Positions 51,633 to 61,445 of a stretch of DNA of 64,000 nucleotides are shown piece by piece; the first letter of the stretch is position 1, and every line of letters begins with the position of its first letter. The notes beneath the pieces were generated by a model, which was not told the origin of the DNA, ran no database searches, and saw only the letters and a list, made by a program, of their open reading frames with translations. Both the position numbers and the translations under genes were made by a program. The stretch comes from Dehalococcoidia bacterium. GTDB taxonomy: Bacteria > Chloroflexota > Dehalococcoidia > GIF9 > AB-539-J10. The DNA is taken from assembly GCA_030612025.1 (NCBI GenBank), contig JAUWOR010000008.1, positions 1 through 64,000 of the forward strand, written 5' to 3'.

Positions 51633-51708
51633 TGGTGAGCCGCCAGGGACTCGAACCCTGAACCGGCTGATTAAGAGTCAGCTGCTCTTCCAATTGAGCT
51701 AGCGGCCC
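51633..51708 (-). tRNA. tRNA-Lys(CTT)
   Basis: GCTGA-CTCTTAA-TCAGC, encoded CCA. Confidence 0.95.
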
Positions 51709-51763
51709 ACAAGTAAATAGATATTATCACTGAAAAAGGATAGAAGACAAGGCCAAGAATAAA

Positions 51764-51802
51764 CAAACCTCCTCCTGCCTTTGAGACAGGAGGAGGTAAA
51801 AA
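51764..51802. terminator. Intrinsic terminator after the SIMPL gene
   Basis: ACCTCCTCCTG..CAGGAGGAGGT hairpin flanked by A runs. Confidence 0.65.
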
Positions 51803-51819
51803 GCTAATCTCGCGGCGAG

Positions 51820-52572
51820 TTAAATTATGGCATAGGCTATCTGAATGGTGAGAGTGATTTTCAGCTCTCCAGGGATTATAGGAGTCTCCGGGGCAGGAGC
51901 TGCACTAACTTCTTCCAAAGCCCTGGTAAGTTCTGGCCGATATACGGCACCCTCGGAAATATAAGTGGGCTTACCCAGCTTAACATCGGCTAAATCAGCT
52001 AATTGTAATGCTTTGTCTTTAGCATCCTTCACCGCTTTAGCTCGCGCCTCTTCATAGTATGGAGTTGGGTCATCCACACTAAAGCTTATCCCCTGAATCT
52101 GAGTAAGGTCACCGCCAGCTTCGGCTACAGCATCAATAATATCCCCAACTTTGTCCATCTCTCTTATCTTGGCAACCACTATATTGGTCACTCGGTAGCC
52201 AATGATTTCCTCCTCATCTTTCTCTCTAATCCATCTTGTCACGGGATAGATGCTGAATCGCTGCGTCTGGATATCCTTCTCAGCCACGCCATTATCTTTC
52301 AATGCTACCACCACTTCATCCATGGCTTCGCTTGCCTGTGTTTGAGCCTCGGCTACTGTATCCGCACGAGCCTCAACTCCAAGGCGCAACTCAGCTATAT
52401 CGGGAACTGCCATTGCTTCTCCCTGACCAGTAACCCATATTCCAGTACTTTGCTGCTGCGCTACAGGAACAACATCTGGACTACCTTCCCACCCCGGTAT
52501 ACTAGCGCAGCCAGCGGCACCTAATGCCAGCACCGCTATCAAACAAGGAATTAACCACCTAGCCTTTTTCAT
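51820..52572 (-). CDS. SIMPL (DUF541) lipoprotein
   Basis: IWVTGQGE..PDIAEL.LGVE, DIQT, AVKDAKDKA..LA, IIPGE. Confidence 0.9.
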   Translation of the reverse strand: MKKARWLIPCLIAVLALGAAGCASIPGWEGSPDVVPVAQQQSTGIWVTGQGEAMAVPDIAELRLGVEARADTVAEAQTQASEAMDEVVVALKDNGVAEKDIQTQRFSIYPVTRWIREKDEEEIIGYRVTNIVVAKIREMDKVGDIIDAVAEAGGDLTQIQGISFSVDDPTPYYEEARAKAVKDAKDKALQLADLADVKLGKPTYISEGAVYRPELTRALEEVSAAPAPETPIIPGELKITLTIQIAYAII

Positions 52573-52656
52573 GCAAACCTCCTCTCGTAAAAGTATCTTT
52601 TCACTTGGTATAACGACTAAACTGACTTTTGGTTTATGATAGAATAGCTTTCGTTA

Positions 52657-53250
52657 ATGAAAATTCTTCGCGAAATCGGCATAACCATTCTCATAGCTGC
52701 TGCCATCTTCGTTACCATTAAAGCCACCGTGCAAGGCTATAGGGTGCAATATTCCTGTATGCTACCAAATATTGAAGATGGTGAGTGGATTATGGTGAAT
52801 AAAGCAAGTTATTTCTTCTCGAATCCTGAACGAGGAGAGATTATTGTCTTTTGGCCGCCTGAGGATGTTAACTCACAATACCCGTTCATCAAGCGAGTTA
52901 TTGTCCTGCCCGGCGATACCATGGAAATTAAGGATGGCACGGTCTTCATCAATGGTATTCCCATAAATGAACCTTATATCTTTCCAGAACCATCACGACG
53001 CTATAAGGACTTTGGCCCGGAAAAAATGCTTGTTGACCAATATTTTGTTCTGGGAGACAATCGTAACAATAGCAATGATTCCCGTTCCTGGGGGACAGTC
53101 TCCCGAGATGACATTATCGGCAGGGCCTGGTTTGTGTACTGGCCACCGAGCAAATGGGGACTGGTAAAACATTACGGCTACCCGGAGTTAACTGAAGCAG
53201 GTGCGCTGGGAGCAGCAATCTGCAATTCAGTGGGAGGTGCACTTGAGTGA
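52657..53250 (+). CDS. lepB: Signal peptidase I
   Basis: FIKRVI.LPGD and LGDNRNNSNDSR; catalytic region reads SCMLP. Confidence 0.88.
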   Translation: MKILREIGITILIAAAIFVTIKATVQGYRVQYSCMLPNIEDGEWIMVNKASYFFSNPERGEIIVFWPPEDVNSQYPFIKRVIVLPGDTMEIKDGTVFINGIPINEPYIFPEPSRRYKDFGPEKMLVDQYFVLGDNRNNSNDSRSWGTVSRDDIIGRAWFVYWPPSKWGLVKHYGYPELTEAGALGAAICNSVGGALE

Positions 53251-53809
53251 CGAGGTGCTGAAGATATTCAAAATGGCCGGGGCGATAAAGGAGGGTCATT
53301 TCCTCCTTGCCTCTGGATTGCATTCACCCATGTATTGGGAGAAGTTTCGAATCTTGCAATATCCGCACTATACTGAGAAGCTGTGCCATCTTATGGCGCA
53401 ACATTTCAAAGACCAAAGAGTAGAACTGGTTGCCGGACCAACCACCGGAGGCATTATCATTGCTTTCGAAACTGCTCGGCAACTAGGAGTACGGAGCATT
53501 TTTGCCGAAAAAGAAGGAGACACAAGGGTCTTTCGCCGTGACTTTACTATCACCCTCGGTGAGAGAGTCCTTATTGTGGACGACATCCTGACCACAGGTG
53601 GCTCGATTAAGGAGACAATAAGCGCTGTTAGAAAACTTGGTGGCATCGTCATTGGTATCGGAGTGCTTGTCGACCGGAGCACAGAAAAGGTAGACTTTGG
53701 TGTGCCCCTTTTTAGCTGCCTCCGCTCTCCTACCACAGTTTATCCCGCTGAAGAATGCCCTCTCTGTGCTGCTAATATCCCTTTAATTAAGCCGGGCGCC
53801 CTAAAATAG
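53243..53809 (+). CDS. pyrE: Orotate phosphoribosyltransferase
   Basis: GHFLLASGLHS, LIVDDILTTGGS. Confidence 0.95.
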   Translation: MSDEVLKIFKMAGAIKEGHFLLASGLHSPMYWEKFRILQYPHYTEKLCHLMAQHFKDQRVELVAGPTTGGIIIAFETARQLGVRSIFAEKEGDTRVFRRDFTITLGERVLIVDDILTTGGSIKETISAVRKLGGIVIGIGVLVDRSTEKVDFGVPLFSCLRSPTTVYPAEECPLCAANIPLIKPGALK

Positions 53810-53831
53810 TGGATTGTTTGGCATTTCTCCC

Positions 53832-53981
53832 TGTCATTGCGAGCCCTTCGCTTTGTGTCATTCTGAGGGAGCAGAACGACCGAGGAATCTCGCTCAGGAT
53901 AAACTCCGCGAAGAATCTCATAGCGCTCAGGACAGGCTCCGCGAAGAATCTAGAGACCCCCTCCCCTTATTCAGGGTGACA
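53832..53981. repeat. Nested palindromic miniature repeats
   Basis: TGTCATTGCGAG..TGTCATTCTGAG..GAAGAATCT (twice)..CAGGGTGACA. Confidence 0.8.
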
Positions 53982-54006
53982 GTAAAAACCTACAAACCTA
54001 GCTTGC

Positions 54007-54035
54007 TTGACAGCGAAGGGAGGAAAACCTAGAAT
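54007..54035 (+). promoter_or_regulatory. Sigma70 promoter of the tRNA operon
   Basis: TTGACA-17 bp-TAGAAT. Confidence 0.75.
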
Positions 54036-54044
54036 ATCCGTACA

Positions 54045-54117
<73 letters not shown>

Positions 54118-54126
54118 CTTTGAAAT

Positions 54127-54201
54127 GCGGAAGTAGTTCAGCGGTAGAATGCTTCCTTGCCAAGGAAGAGGTCGCGAGTTCGAATCTCGTCTTCCGCTCC
54201 A
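54127..54201 (+). tRNA. tRNA-Gly(GCC)
   Basis: CTTCC-TTGCCAA-GGAAG, encoded CCA. Confidence 0.95.
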
Positions 54202-54220
54202 TCTGAAAGGGGGTAAACGC

Positions 54221-54305
54221 GCCGAAGTGGCGGAATGGTAGACGCGGCAGTCTCAAAAACTGTTGGGAGGCAACTCCCGTGTCGGTTCGAATCCGACCTT
54301 CGGCA
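54221..54305 (+). tRNA. tRNA-Leu(CAA)
   Basis: GCAGT-CTCAAAA-ACTGT, long variable arm. Confidence 0.95.
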
Positions 54306-54313
54306 GTAAGCAA

Positions 54314-54384
54314 TGCCGGGTTGTGTAGCGGTAGCACGAAGGACTTTGGATCCTTTAGCCCTGGTTCGAATCCAGGCCCGGCAG
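54314..54384 (+). tRNA. tRNA-Gln(TTG)
   Basis: AAGGA-CTTTGGA-TCCTT. Confidence 0.93.
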
Positions 54385-54415
54385 CTCTTTTGGCCTGTTA
54401 GAAAAGGAGGTGGAA

Positions 54416-54610
54416 ATGGAAATAAGCTTGGCCCGGCGGAAGTTGCCACCGGTTCCTGGGCTTCCCAAAGTGGAATTGCCTGAAGTGGTGGTCAGACTAC
54501 CTGGGAAGATAGAGGCAAAATGGGAGGAGTTGGAATTGGTATCAATAGAATTTTGCCCCGCCGCCCCTAAGGGCACTAAGTTTATCTTTAAGGAAAAACG
54601 AACCCAATAG
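54416..54610 (+). CDS. Small hypothetical protein inside the tRNA operon
   Basis: AAGGAGGTG RBS; 64-aa ORF fills the Gln-Asn spacer. Confidence 0.55.
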   Translation: MEISLARRKLPPVPGLPKVELPEVVVRLPGKIEAKWEELELVSIEFCPAAPKGTKFIFKEKRTQ

Positions 54611-54616
54611 CTTTGT

Positions 54617-54691
54617 TCCCTGGTAGCTCAATGGTAGAGCAGGCGGCTGTTAACTGCAAGGTTGTAGGTTCGAATCCTACCCGGGGAGCCA
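54617..54691 (+). tRNA. tRNA-Asn(GTT)
   Basis: CTGTTAA loop, GTTCGAATC T-arm, encoded CCA. Confidence 0.92.
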
Positions 54692-54703
54692 CCTTCGAAT
54701 TAA

Positions 54704-55849
54704 CTAGTAGGAATCTCTATAAATCTGGGCTACGGCAGGAGCATCAAGCAAATTAGGGTGTTTACTAAGCCAAGGAGCTGTCCTCACGGCACAATCTGCC
54801 ATTTCTTCGATACGCTGAGGTTCGATGCCCAAAGCTCGCAAACTGAGTTTCATCCCCACCTTATCCAACCACCCTTCGACTGCAGCTATCCCATCTGTCT
54901 CAGCAAAAACATTTCTGCCCAAGGAATTAAACCTATCTTGCCGTACAGGAAAAGTATACCTCATCCAAGCAGGAAGCAGTGCCGCCAGTCCATCACCATG
55001 GGCAATATCATAGTACCCACTTAGAGAAAGCTCAATACCATGAAGAGTCAGATAGCCGGCACCACTTCCCAGATGTCTAACCGGTGAACAGGCAATGGTA
55101 CTGGCCCAAGAAAGCTTGGTACGAAACTCAATATCGTCCAGCTTGCTCAGTGCTCTAGGTAAAGTCTCCACCACCAGCTTCATCACCGTTTCCAAAATTC
55201 CATCGGTCAGAGGAGATGCTCTCTCTGTTGTAATATAGCATTCGCCTACATGGCAAAAAATATCCACTCCTCCCTGCGCTGTTGGCTTCTGAGGAAGGGT
55301 AAGCGTCAGTTCAGGGTCTACAATGGAAACCTTGGAAAAGAAAGCCGGACTAAATAACACCCGCTTCTCATGAGTTTCCCAGTTAGTAATCACGGCAGCA
55401 TTATTGGCTTCAGAGCCGCTGGCAGCCACAGTCGGTACCAGCACAAGAGGTAATAAAGGTTCCACTACTTCAATATCCTCAGCTCCAATATAATAATCCC
55501 AAATTGGTTTACCGCCACTGCTAGCTAATGCCATGCACTTGGCTGTGTCCATAGCGCTGCCGCCGCCAAGACCAATGATTAAGTCCACCCCCTTTTGGCG
55601 AACCAATCTAGCCCCCTCATCCACAGTAGAGGCACGAGGGTTAGACACTACTTTATCAAAAATGCAGACCTCCAGACCGTTGTTCTCCAAGTCTCGGGTT
55701 ACCTTATCTAGTAACCCTGTTTGTCGCGCACTGTGGGAACCAGTTACCAGCACAACCCGCCTGCCCAATCTTCTCACCTCTGCTCCCAACCTCGTCACAC
55801 ATCCTGAGCCAAAGATAATCTTAGTGGGTAGATATAAAGTGGTTACCAT
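54704..55849 (-). CDS. Iron-containing alcohol dehydrogenase
   Basis: GLGGGSAMDTAK, PTVAASGSE, DIFCH, HG..IAHG. Confidence 0.93.
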   Translation of the reverse strand: MVTTLYLPTKIIFGSGCVTRLGAEVRRLGRRVVLVTGSHSARQTGLLDKVTRDLENNGLEVCIFDKVVSNPRASTVDEGARLVRQKGVDLIIGLGGGSAMDTAKCMALASSGGKPIWDYYIGAEDIEVVEPLLPLVLVPTVAASGSEANNAAVITNWETHEKRVLFSPAFFSKVSIVDPELTLTLPQKPTAQGGVDIFCHVGECYITTERASPLTDGILETVMKLVVETLPRALSKLDDIEFRTKLSWASTIACSPVRHLGSGAGYLTLHGIELSLSGYYDIAHGDGLAALLPAWMRYTFPVRQDRFNSLGRNVFAETDGIAAVEGWLDKVGMKLSLRALGIEPQRIEEMADCAVRTAPWLSKHPNLLDAPAVAQIYRDSY

Positions 55850-56084
55850 AAGACGCCTCCTGAGAAAGTATCAGCTACATAAATAATACTTCAAAAGAGA
55901 ATTATATCATGTTACCTACACCATCAAGTTTGCGAACGAAATAAGTGGTGGAACCAAATACAGTGAAGTAGCATCTGCTCCACCCAGTGGAGGTAACCAT
56001 TACAGTACATGTTCAGCCCTCAGTTGCGCCGCTTGTAGAAGATAGTTTCCGCTTAGCCGCTGAAACTAGGGGCTGCCACAATGA

Positions 56085-56921
56085 CTAGCGCAACAAGAAT
56101 AGACTGATAGCCATCACCAGCATGCCAGTTCCCAGCCCTAGGAGCACAAGATGCTCCTTGCCATATCGGTGAGCCAAGGGGAGTATTTCATCTAAACTTA
56201 TGAACACCATTATGCCAGCTACGAAGGCCAGCATGCTTGATAGGAGTGTTGGGGTCAAGAAGGAGTATAGAATCCCATAGCCGACGAGAGCCCCCACAGG
56301 CTCAGCTACACCTGACAAGAATGAGTATGTGAAAGCTTTGCGACGACTGCCCGTAGCATAGAAGATAGGCACCGCTACTGCAATACCCTCAGGAACGTTG
56401 TGAATGGCAATAGCCACAGCTATCGTTATTCCAAGGGCAACATCTCCAGTAGCTGCAGCGCAGAAGGTAGCCAGCCCTTCTGGAAAGTTATGAATAGCAA
56501 TACCAAGTGCAATAAGAACGCCAGACCTCATAAGGGATGACTTTGATGGAGTTGTAAGTTGTGGAGGCAAACCCGAGATCTCCCGCTGCCCTAGTTCATC
56601 GATATTTTGAGGAGCTTTTTCTACACGCTCCTCTTTATACTCATGGGGGACAAATGTATCTATTAGCGCAATGAAGCCGATGCCAAGGAAAAATGCTATG
56701 TTGGCTCTGGCAAAACCAACATCCGCGATAGCTGTCCCCAGGAGTTCGGTAAAGGAAATATATATCATCACACCGGCGGAGAACCCTAGCGCCACAGCCA
56801 AGTAGGAGTATTTAGGCGTCCGTATGAAGAAGGCAATGGTGCTACCTATCCCGGTGGATAAGCCAGCCAGGGTAGTGAGCAGTATGGCAAATGATAGATT
56901 AATTTCCATGACATGACTCAA
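56085..56921 (-). CDS. zupT: ZIP-family metal transporter ZupT
   Basis: AIHNFPEG, AIHNVPEG, SGVAEP, LDEILP. Confidence 0.93.
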   Translation of the reverse strand: MSHVMEINLSFAILLTTLAGLSTGIGSTIAFFIRTPKYSYLAVALGFSAGVMIYISFTELLGTAIADVGFARANIAFFLGIGFIALIDTFVPHEYKEERVEKAPQNIDELGQREISGLPPQLTTPSKSSLMRSGVLIALGIAIHNFPEGLATFCAAATGDVALGITIAVAIAIHNVPEGIAVAVPIFYATGSRRKAFTYSFLSGVAEPVGALVGYGILYSFLTPTLLSSMLAFVAGIMVFISLDEILPLAHRYGKEHLVLLGLGTGMLVMAISLFLLR

Positions 56922-56936
56922 TCAACCGCATCCTAT

Positions 56937-57503
56937 TTAAACCACTTTGGTATTTGCTAATTTTGCTATTTTCCTAAAGTTAAGCAGGTGACCCTTTTGC
57001 TCTTTCAAAGAGAATAAACCTGTTGCTTCCATAATCTCTAGAATTCTATCTCTCTTCATACGAAAGCAAAAACGTGTAGAAAGGTATCCATTTGGTTTCA
57101 AAACTCTATACAATTCTTTTAGTAAAGGCTCCTTACTCTCAATTTCAGGCAGCACTCCATATAGCAAAATGATGTCTACACTTTCACCAGGTAATCCAGT
57201 ATTCCCATCAGATAATATCGTATCTATATTACGAACCCCCCCCATTTGAACTCTTTCTTCCACCTTTTTTATAGCTGATGGTTGCCTATCCAAAGCATAA
57301 ACTTTTCCTTTCTTACCTACCAAACTGGCGACAGGGAGAGTGTAAGACCCAATGCCACACCCGTAATCCAATATTTTCTGCCCCACTTCAATATTTAGTC
57401 TGTTTAGTTCTTCTTCTGGTTTGAAGGGAATACCAAATTTATCTCTTAACCCTAAAAGGAAATACTCTATTCTAGATTTGATATCAAGATTTCTCATATA
57501 CAT
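56937..57503 (-). CDS. Class I SAM-dependent methyltransferase
   Basis: ILDYGCGIG, ELYRVLKPNG. Confidence 0.88.
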   Translation of the reverse strand: MYMRNLDIKSRIEYFLLGLRDKFGIPFKPEEELNRLNIEVGQKILDYGCGIGSYTLPVASLVGKKGKVYALDRQPSAIKKVEERVQMGGVRNIDTILSDGNTGLPGESVDIILLYGVLPEIESKEPLLKELYRVLKPNGYLSTRFCFRMKRDRILEIMEATGLFSLKEQKGHLLNFRKIAKLANTKVV

Positions 57504-57635
57504 GTTAAACAGAGTCGTGATGCTATGCTGACAATTCCCCTCCCGATTAAAGCACCGGCGATATAGGTGTTAATTCTATATCCATAATATGGCTTCCCCA
57601 GGTTCTCTTTCATGTGTATTACAACCCCTTTCCCT

Positions 57636-59876
57636 TTATGCCCGCCTATCTACAATTATCCTGAGCAAGGCAGGCAGGAATATGATGGCGCCAAAGAAGC
57701 AAAGGCTCAACCCAATAATGGGGATGAGGCTCAAGGACCTCATTGAGGGGTGGCTGGAGAAAAGGAACGAGGAAAATGCCAGACAGGTGGTGGCCGTGGT
57801 AAGGAATATAGCCTTCCCCGTGAGTTGTATAACTTGAGGCAGTGAACCCTTACCCTCTTCTAAGTAGCGGTGAACGATGTGAATGCCATCATCTATTCCT
57901 ATTCCGATGACCAAAGGTATCATGCTAATCGAAGAAACGTTCAGATTGGCACCAAACCACTGGTAAGTTCCCAGGAGCCCAAGTACGCCAAAGGCAACTG
58001 GAACCATGGAAAGCAGGGCGTAGACCGGACTACGCCGCCTGGTCCCAAAGTAAACGATGAGGACAAGCATCCCGGAAGCCATCAAGGAGACGCGGATTAC
58101 ATCTGTGGTCATCACGGTAAGCAACTTGGTCCAGAGTACAGCGCTAGCAGTAACATCAGGGTGAATCTCACGTAGATCAGCGAGTAGCTTTCTCTGGTAC
58201 GATTTATCATACAGGTCATCATCGGGGATTATCCTTATCAAGAACTCCCCCTCATCGGAAACCCACGAGCGGGAGATTTCGTTTGGTAGCTCCTTATAGC
58301 TCATCGGTGTTACCTCTATCCCGGGCACAGTGGCAAGTTCAGGATGAAGCCTAACAGCTTGCTTAATGGCCTCCAGCTTTTGGTCCTGATTTTCGGGTAG
58401 GTAATCGAGAATGGATTCTACCTTCAGAACCCCATCCACATTCTGAAATTCCCTGACACAGCGGTTGAGTTCCCGCTGCCCTTTAACTACACAGGTAAGC
58501 TGCTCAGGGTCATAGTCAAAATTCTCCTTGACCTTCTCAAGCTGTTGGTAGGTCTCAACCTGAGTCGGCATGAGTTCATACATACTCTCACTCAATTTGG
58601 CACTGGGCGCCCTGATACCGAATAAGACAAAGAGGGCAACCAGGATTACCAGAATTCCCGGAGCAAAGCGCTGTATTTGCACACCGAGCACTCTGAGAAT
58701 ATTGGATCTTGTGCGCTTAAGTTTGAACCGGCCAAATTTAAGCCTCAAGACAACCAGGGCAGGAAGCAGGACGAATACCGCCACCAGGGTCAGGGGCAAA
58801 CCGATGGCGCCGATGACGCCTAACTGATGTAGCGCTTTGGTCTCGGCAAAGTAAAAGGAGAAAAATGCTGCTGCCGTGGTGAGACAACCCAGAATAACCG
58901 CCTTCCCAGTGTGGACAAAGGTATGCTCAAAGGCAAGGGTGACATTATCGTGCTCCTCCATCTCACCCATAAACCTCGTCAGTAAGTGGATACAGAAGTC
59001 GATACCAAGGCCCAATAGCAGGACGGCAAACGCAGCAGAGAGTGCATTGAGAGAGTCATATACGAGGAATATCACCCCCGATGTCCAGATTATTCCGATG
59101 AGCAGCGGGATGGCGGACAGAAGCGGTAGAGACAGGCTTCTGAAAGAGACGAAAAGGAGAATTAAGATGAGTATCAAGGTGATAAACGCTGTGAGGTAAA
59201 TGTCTTGCATAGCCAGCTTGTCACCTTCGTAATCGATGACCATCAGACCGCCAGTAAAGCCTACATTGAGGGCTTCATAGTCTTTATCCTCCCCCCTGGT
59301 TTCGGTGATAAGCCTCCCCAGGTCGTCGAGGAGATAATTCCTCTCCAGAGGATTCTCCATGTCTATGGTGAAGCCCATAGTGACGAGGTAAATCTTCTTG
59401 TTATCCGAGACGATATATTCTGAGAGAGTTGCCTTTTCCAGCGTAGCGGTTGGTAAAGCCCCGAGTATTTCTGGTGCGGCACGAGGGTCCGTCAGGGCGG
59501 CAAATTGCTCCTCCGGCAGGTAGAGAATTCCCTTTTCGGCGGCAAAGCTGAGGTCTTTTTTATATTGAATATCCTCCCAGCGGCTGTCCTTTTCTAATTT
59601 CTTTACCAGCGTCTTGGCATACGCCTTGGCGGTGTAAGCATTTGAGTCTGAACAGTCTATGACCACCACTACCATATTAGACCCTCCAAATCGCTCTTCA
59701 ACTGCCTCGGCCGCGAGGAAATCGGGGTCATCCGACTCGAAGTATCCCTCCATGCTGGTATCTATGGTGAAATTTGAAGCCGGAATAGCAGCCAGTATGG
59801 TTATGCCAAGCACGACCGCCATCGTCTTTACCGGATGGCGGGTCGTCTTCTTCACCAGCCTTTCGAGAATATTCAT
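57636..59876 (-). CDS. MMPL/RND family transporter
   Basis: Two repeats with GLGIDF..H and GIGIDDGIH; TGKAV/TGKAI. Confidence 0.9.
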   Translation of the reverse strand: MNILERLVKKTTRHPVKTMAVVLGITILAAIPASNFTIDTSMEGYFESDDPDFLAAEAVEERFGGSNMVVVVIDCSDSNAYTAKAYAKTLVKKLEKDSRWEDIQYKKDLSFAAEKGILYLPEEQFAALTDPRAAPEILGALPTATLEKATLSEYIVSDNKKIYLVTMGFTIDMENPLERNYLLDDLGRLITETRGEDKDYEALNVGFTGGLMVIDYEGDKLAMQDIYLTAFITLILILILLFVSFRSLSLPLLSAIPLLIGIIWTSGVIFLVYDSLNALSAAFAVLLLGLGIDFCIHLLTRFMGEMEEHDNVTLAFEHTFVHTGKAVILGCLTTAAAFFSFYFAETKALHQLGVIGAIGLPLTLVAVFVLLPALVVLRLKFGRFKLKRTRSNILRVLGVQIQRFAPGILVILVALFVLFGIRAPSAKLSESMYELMPTQVETYQQLEKVKENFDYDPEQLTCVVKGQRELNRCVREFQNVDGVLKVESILDYLPENQDQKLEAIKQAVRLHPELATVPGIEVTPMSYKELPNEISRSWVSDEGEFLIRIIPDDDLYDKSYQRKLLADLREIHPDVTASAVLWTKLLTVMTTDVIRVSLMASGMLVLIVYFGTRRRSPVYALLSMVPVAFGVLGLLGTYQWFGANLNVSSISMIPLVIGIGIDDGIHIVHRYLEEGKGSLPQVIQLTGKAIFLTTATTCLAFSSFLFSSHPSMRSLSLIPIIGLSLCFFGAIIFLPALLRIIVDRRA

Positions 59877-59997
59877 CTGTTACCCGTGTCAAGAAATATA
59901 GGTGCCTTATCCTCTAAGAGCCATAACCCCCGTGCACCCTGTTTCCTCTACCTCAATTACGTCATGCTACACAACTATTTCCTACCTTAAAAGGGAA

Positions 59998-61197
59998 TTA
60001 AATCACAGGAAGTACAACTTCTTCTCCCTCTTTTAGCCCGGACAGAACTTCAGTATATGTGCCATCGCTTAAACCCAGAGTAACTTGCCTCTTCTCAGTC
60101 TCATCGTCGGTGACAACTTCCACCCAGGGTTTTTCCAGAGACCCTTGAATAGCTCGATTGGGTATCAGCAATACATTATCACAGCGGTTAGTGATAATTT
60201 CAGCACTGGCGCTCATGCCATCTTTAAGTTTTTCATCAGGATTCTGCAAAGTTATGGTAATTTTGTAAGACACCTCATCTTCCCAAACTTTGCCCGTTGG
60301 GGAGATGAAAGTTACCTTCCCTTTTACTTTTTTATCAGGCAAAGCAATCAAGGTAATAATGGCTTCCTGCCCTAGCTTCACCCTGGAAATGTCTATCTCG
60401 TCAATTTCACCACTCATTTCCACTTCATTGGGGTCAACCAAGTAGATTGCTGGACTGCTGTATGTCATAGCCGAAAGCTGCTGCCCTTCATCTATATAAA
60501 CATCGGCTATGATGCCATCGAAAGGAGCAATAATTGTCGCTTTGGCTAGCTCCAGCTCAACCACGGCTAACTCTAGCTTCGCCATATCCAGAGCTGCTCT
60601 GGCTTCATCTGTCTGCAGCTCAGCCAATTTAACGGAGAGAGGCAGCGCCCATCTTCTAGCGTGTGATTTTTTCTGTGCCGTGGATGTGCTCTCCCCGACT
60701 AACTCCAGTAAAGCTTGTGCTCTCTCAATTTCCCCTTGCTCTAAAAGCTCTTGAGCTTCCTCTAAGTTATTCTGGATTTCCTCTAAAGCTCGCCAGACCC
60801 CAGGCACGTCAATGGCATAAGTATTAGTATAATGTGGATAGATTGTTCGCATAAGGTTATTTTCAGCCATTTCGTAATTAGCTTGAGCCATTTCGCACCC
60901 AGCCTGAGCCATCTCTACTTTTAGTTCTAAAGGGCAAATATCGAGCTTGGCTAATACTTGACCCTCGATTACCTTATCCCCCTTTTCCACCAGTATCTCG
61001 TCTACCTCTCCCATAGTGCCAAATGGTAAGTACTCCTTATGACGCATTTTTAAATTGCCTTCTTTAGCAGAGACACTTATTATTAAATCGCCCCGAGTAA
61101 CTTCAGCGGTTTGCAAAGGCATTTCTTGCTGGGCGCATCCGGCTAAAATTGAGCCAACCAAACACATCGCTATTATTGAAATTAACCATTTTTTCAT
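59998..61197 (-). CDS. Efflux RND periplasmic adaptor (lipoprotein)
   Basis: LAGC lipobox, VEKGDKV..GQVLAKLD, IIAPFDG, SGLKEGEEV. Confidence 0.9.
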   Translation of the reverse strand: MKKWLISIIAMCLVGSILAGCAQQEMPLQTAEVTRGDLIISVSAKEGNLKMRHKEYLPFGTMGEVDEILVEKGDKVIEGQVLAKLDICPLELKVEMAQAGCEMAQANYEMAENNLMRTIYPHYTNTYAIDVPGVWRALEEIQNNLEEAQELLEQGEIERAQALLELVGESTSTAQKKSHARRWALPLSVKLAELQTDEARAALDMAKLELAVVELELAKATIIAPFDGIIADVYIDEGQQLSAMTYSSPAIYLVDPNEVEMSGEIDEIDISRVKLGQEAIITLIALPDKKVKGKVTFISPTGKVWEDEVSYKITITLQNPDEKLKDGMSASAEIITNRCDNVLLIPNRAIQGSLEKPWVEVVTDDETEKRQVTLGLSDGTYTEVLSGLKEGEEVVLPVI

Positions 61198-61445
61198 TTA
61201 ATCAGCCTCCTCTTTGGAAACGTCTCCATTTTACTGCCACCGCCAAAGCTCGACAAGACCGGTAACCACACCATAAATAGAGATACTAAAAGAAACACCT
61301 CCAAAACAATTATGCTCATTGGCCCTCCTCTTATTATTCATTTGGAATAACTTTCCACCACATCATTATTGCGCTGCTTTTTGTTTCATACACGCCATCC
61401 TACAACTTCTCCAGGCCAAAAAGAAAACGCTGTAAGCCCCCTGTT

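Larger units (their letters stand above)
46770..51679. mobile_element. Element integrated at the tRNA-Lys(CTT) 3' end, no integrase
   Basis: 45-bp direct repeat 46770-46814 vs 51635-51679 (1 mismatch); arm-like repeats at 46931-46951 and 51599-51618. Confidence 0.85.
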
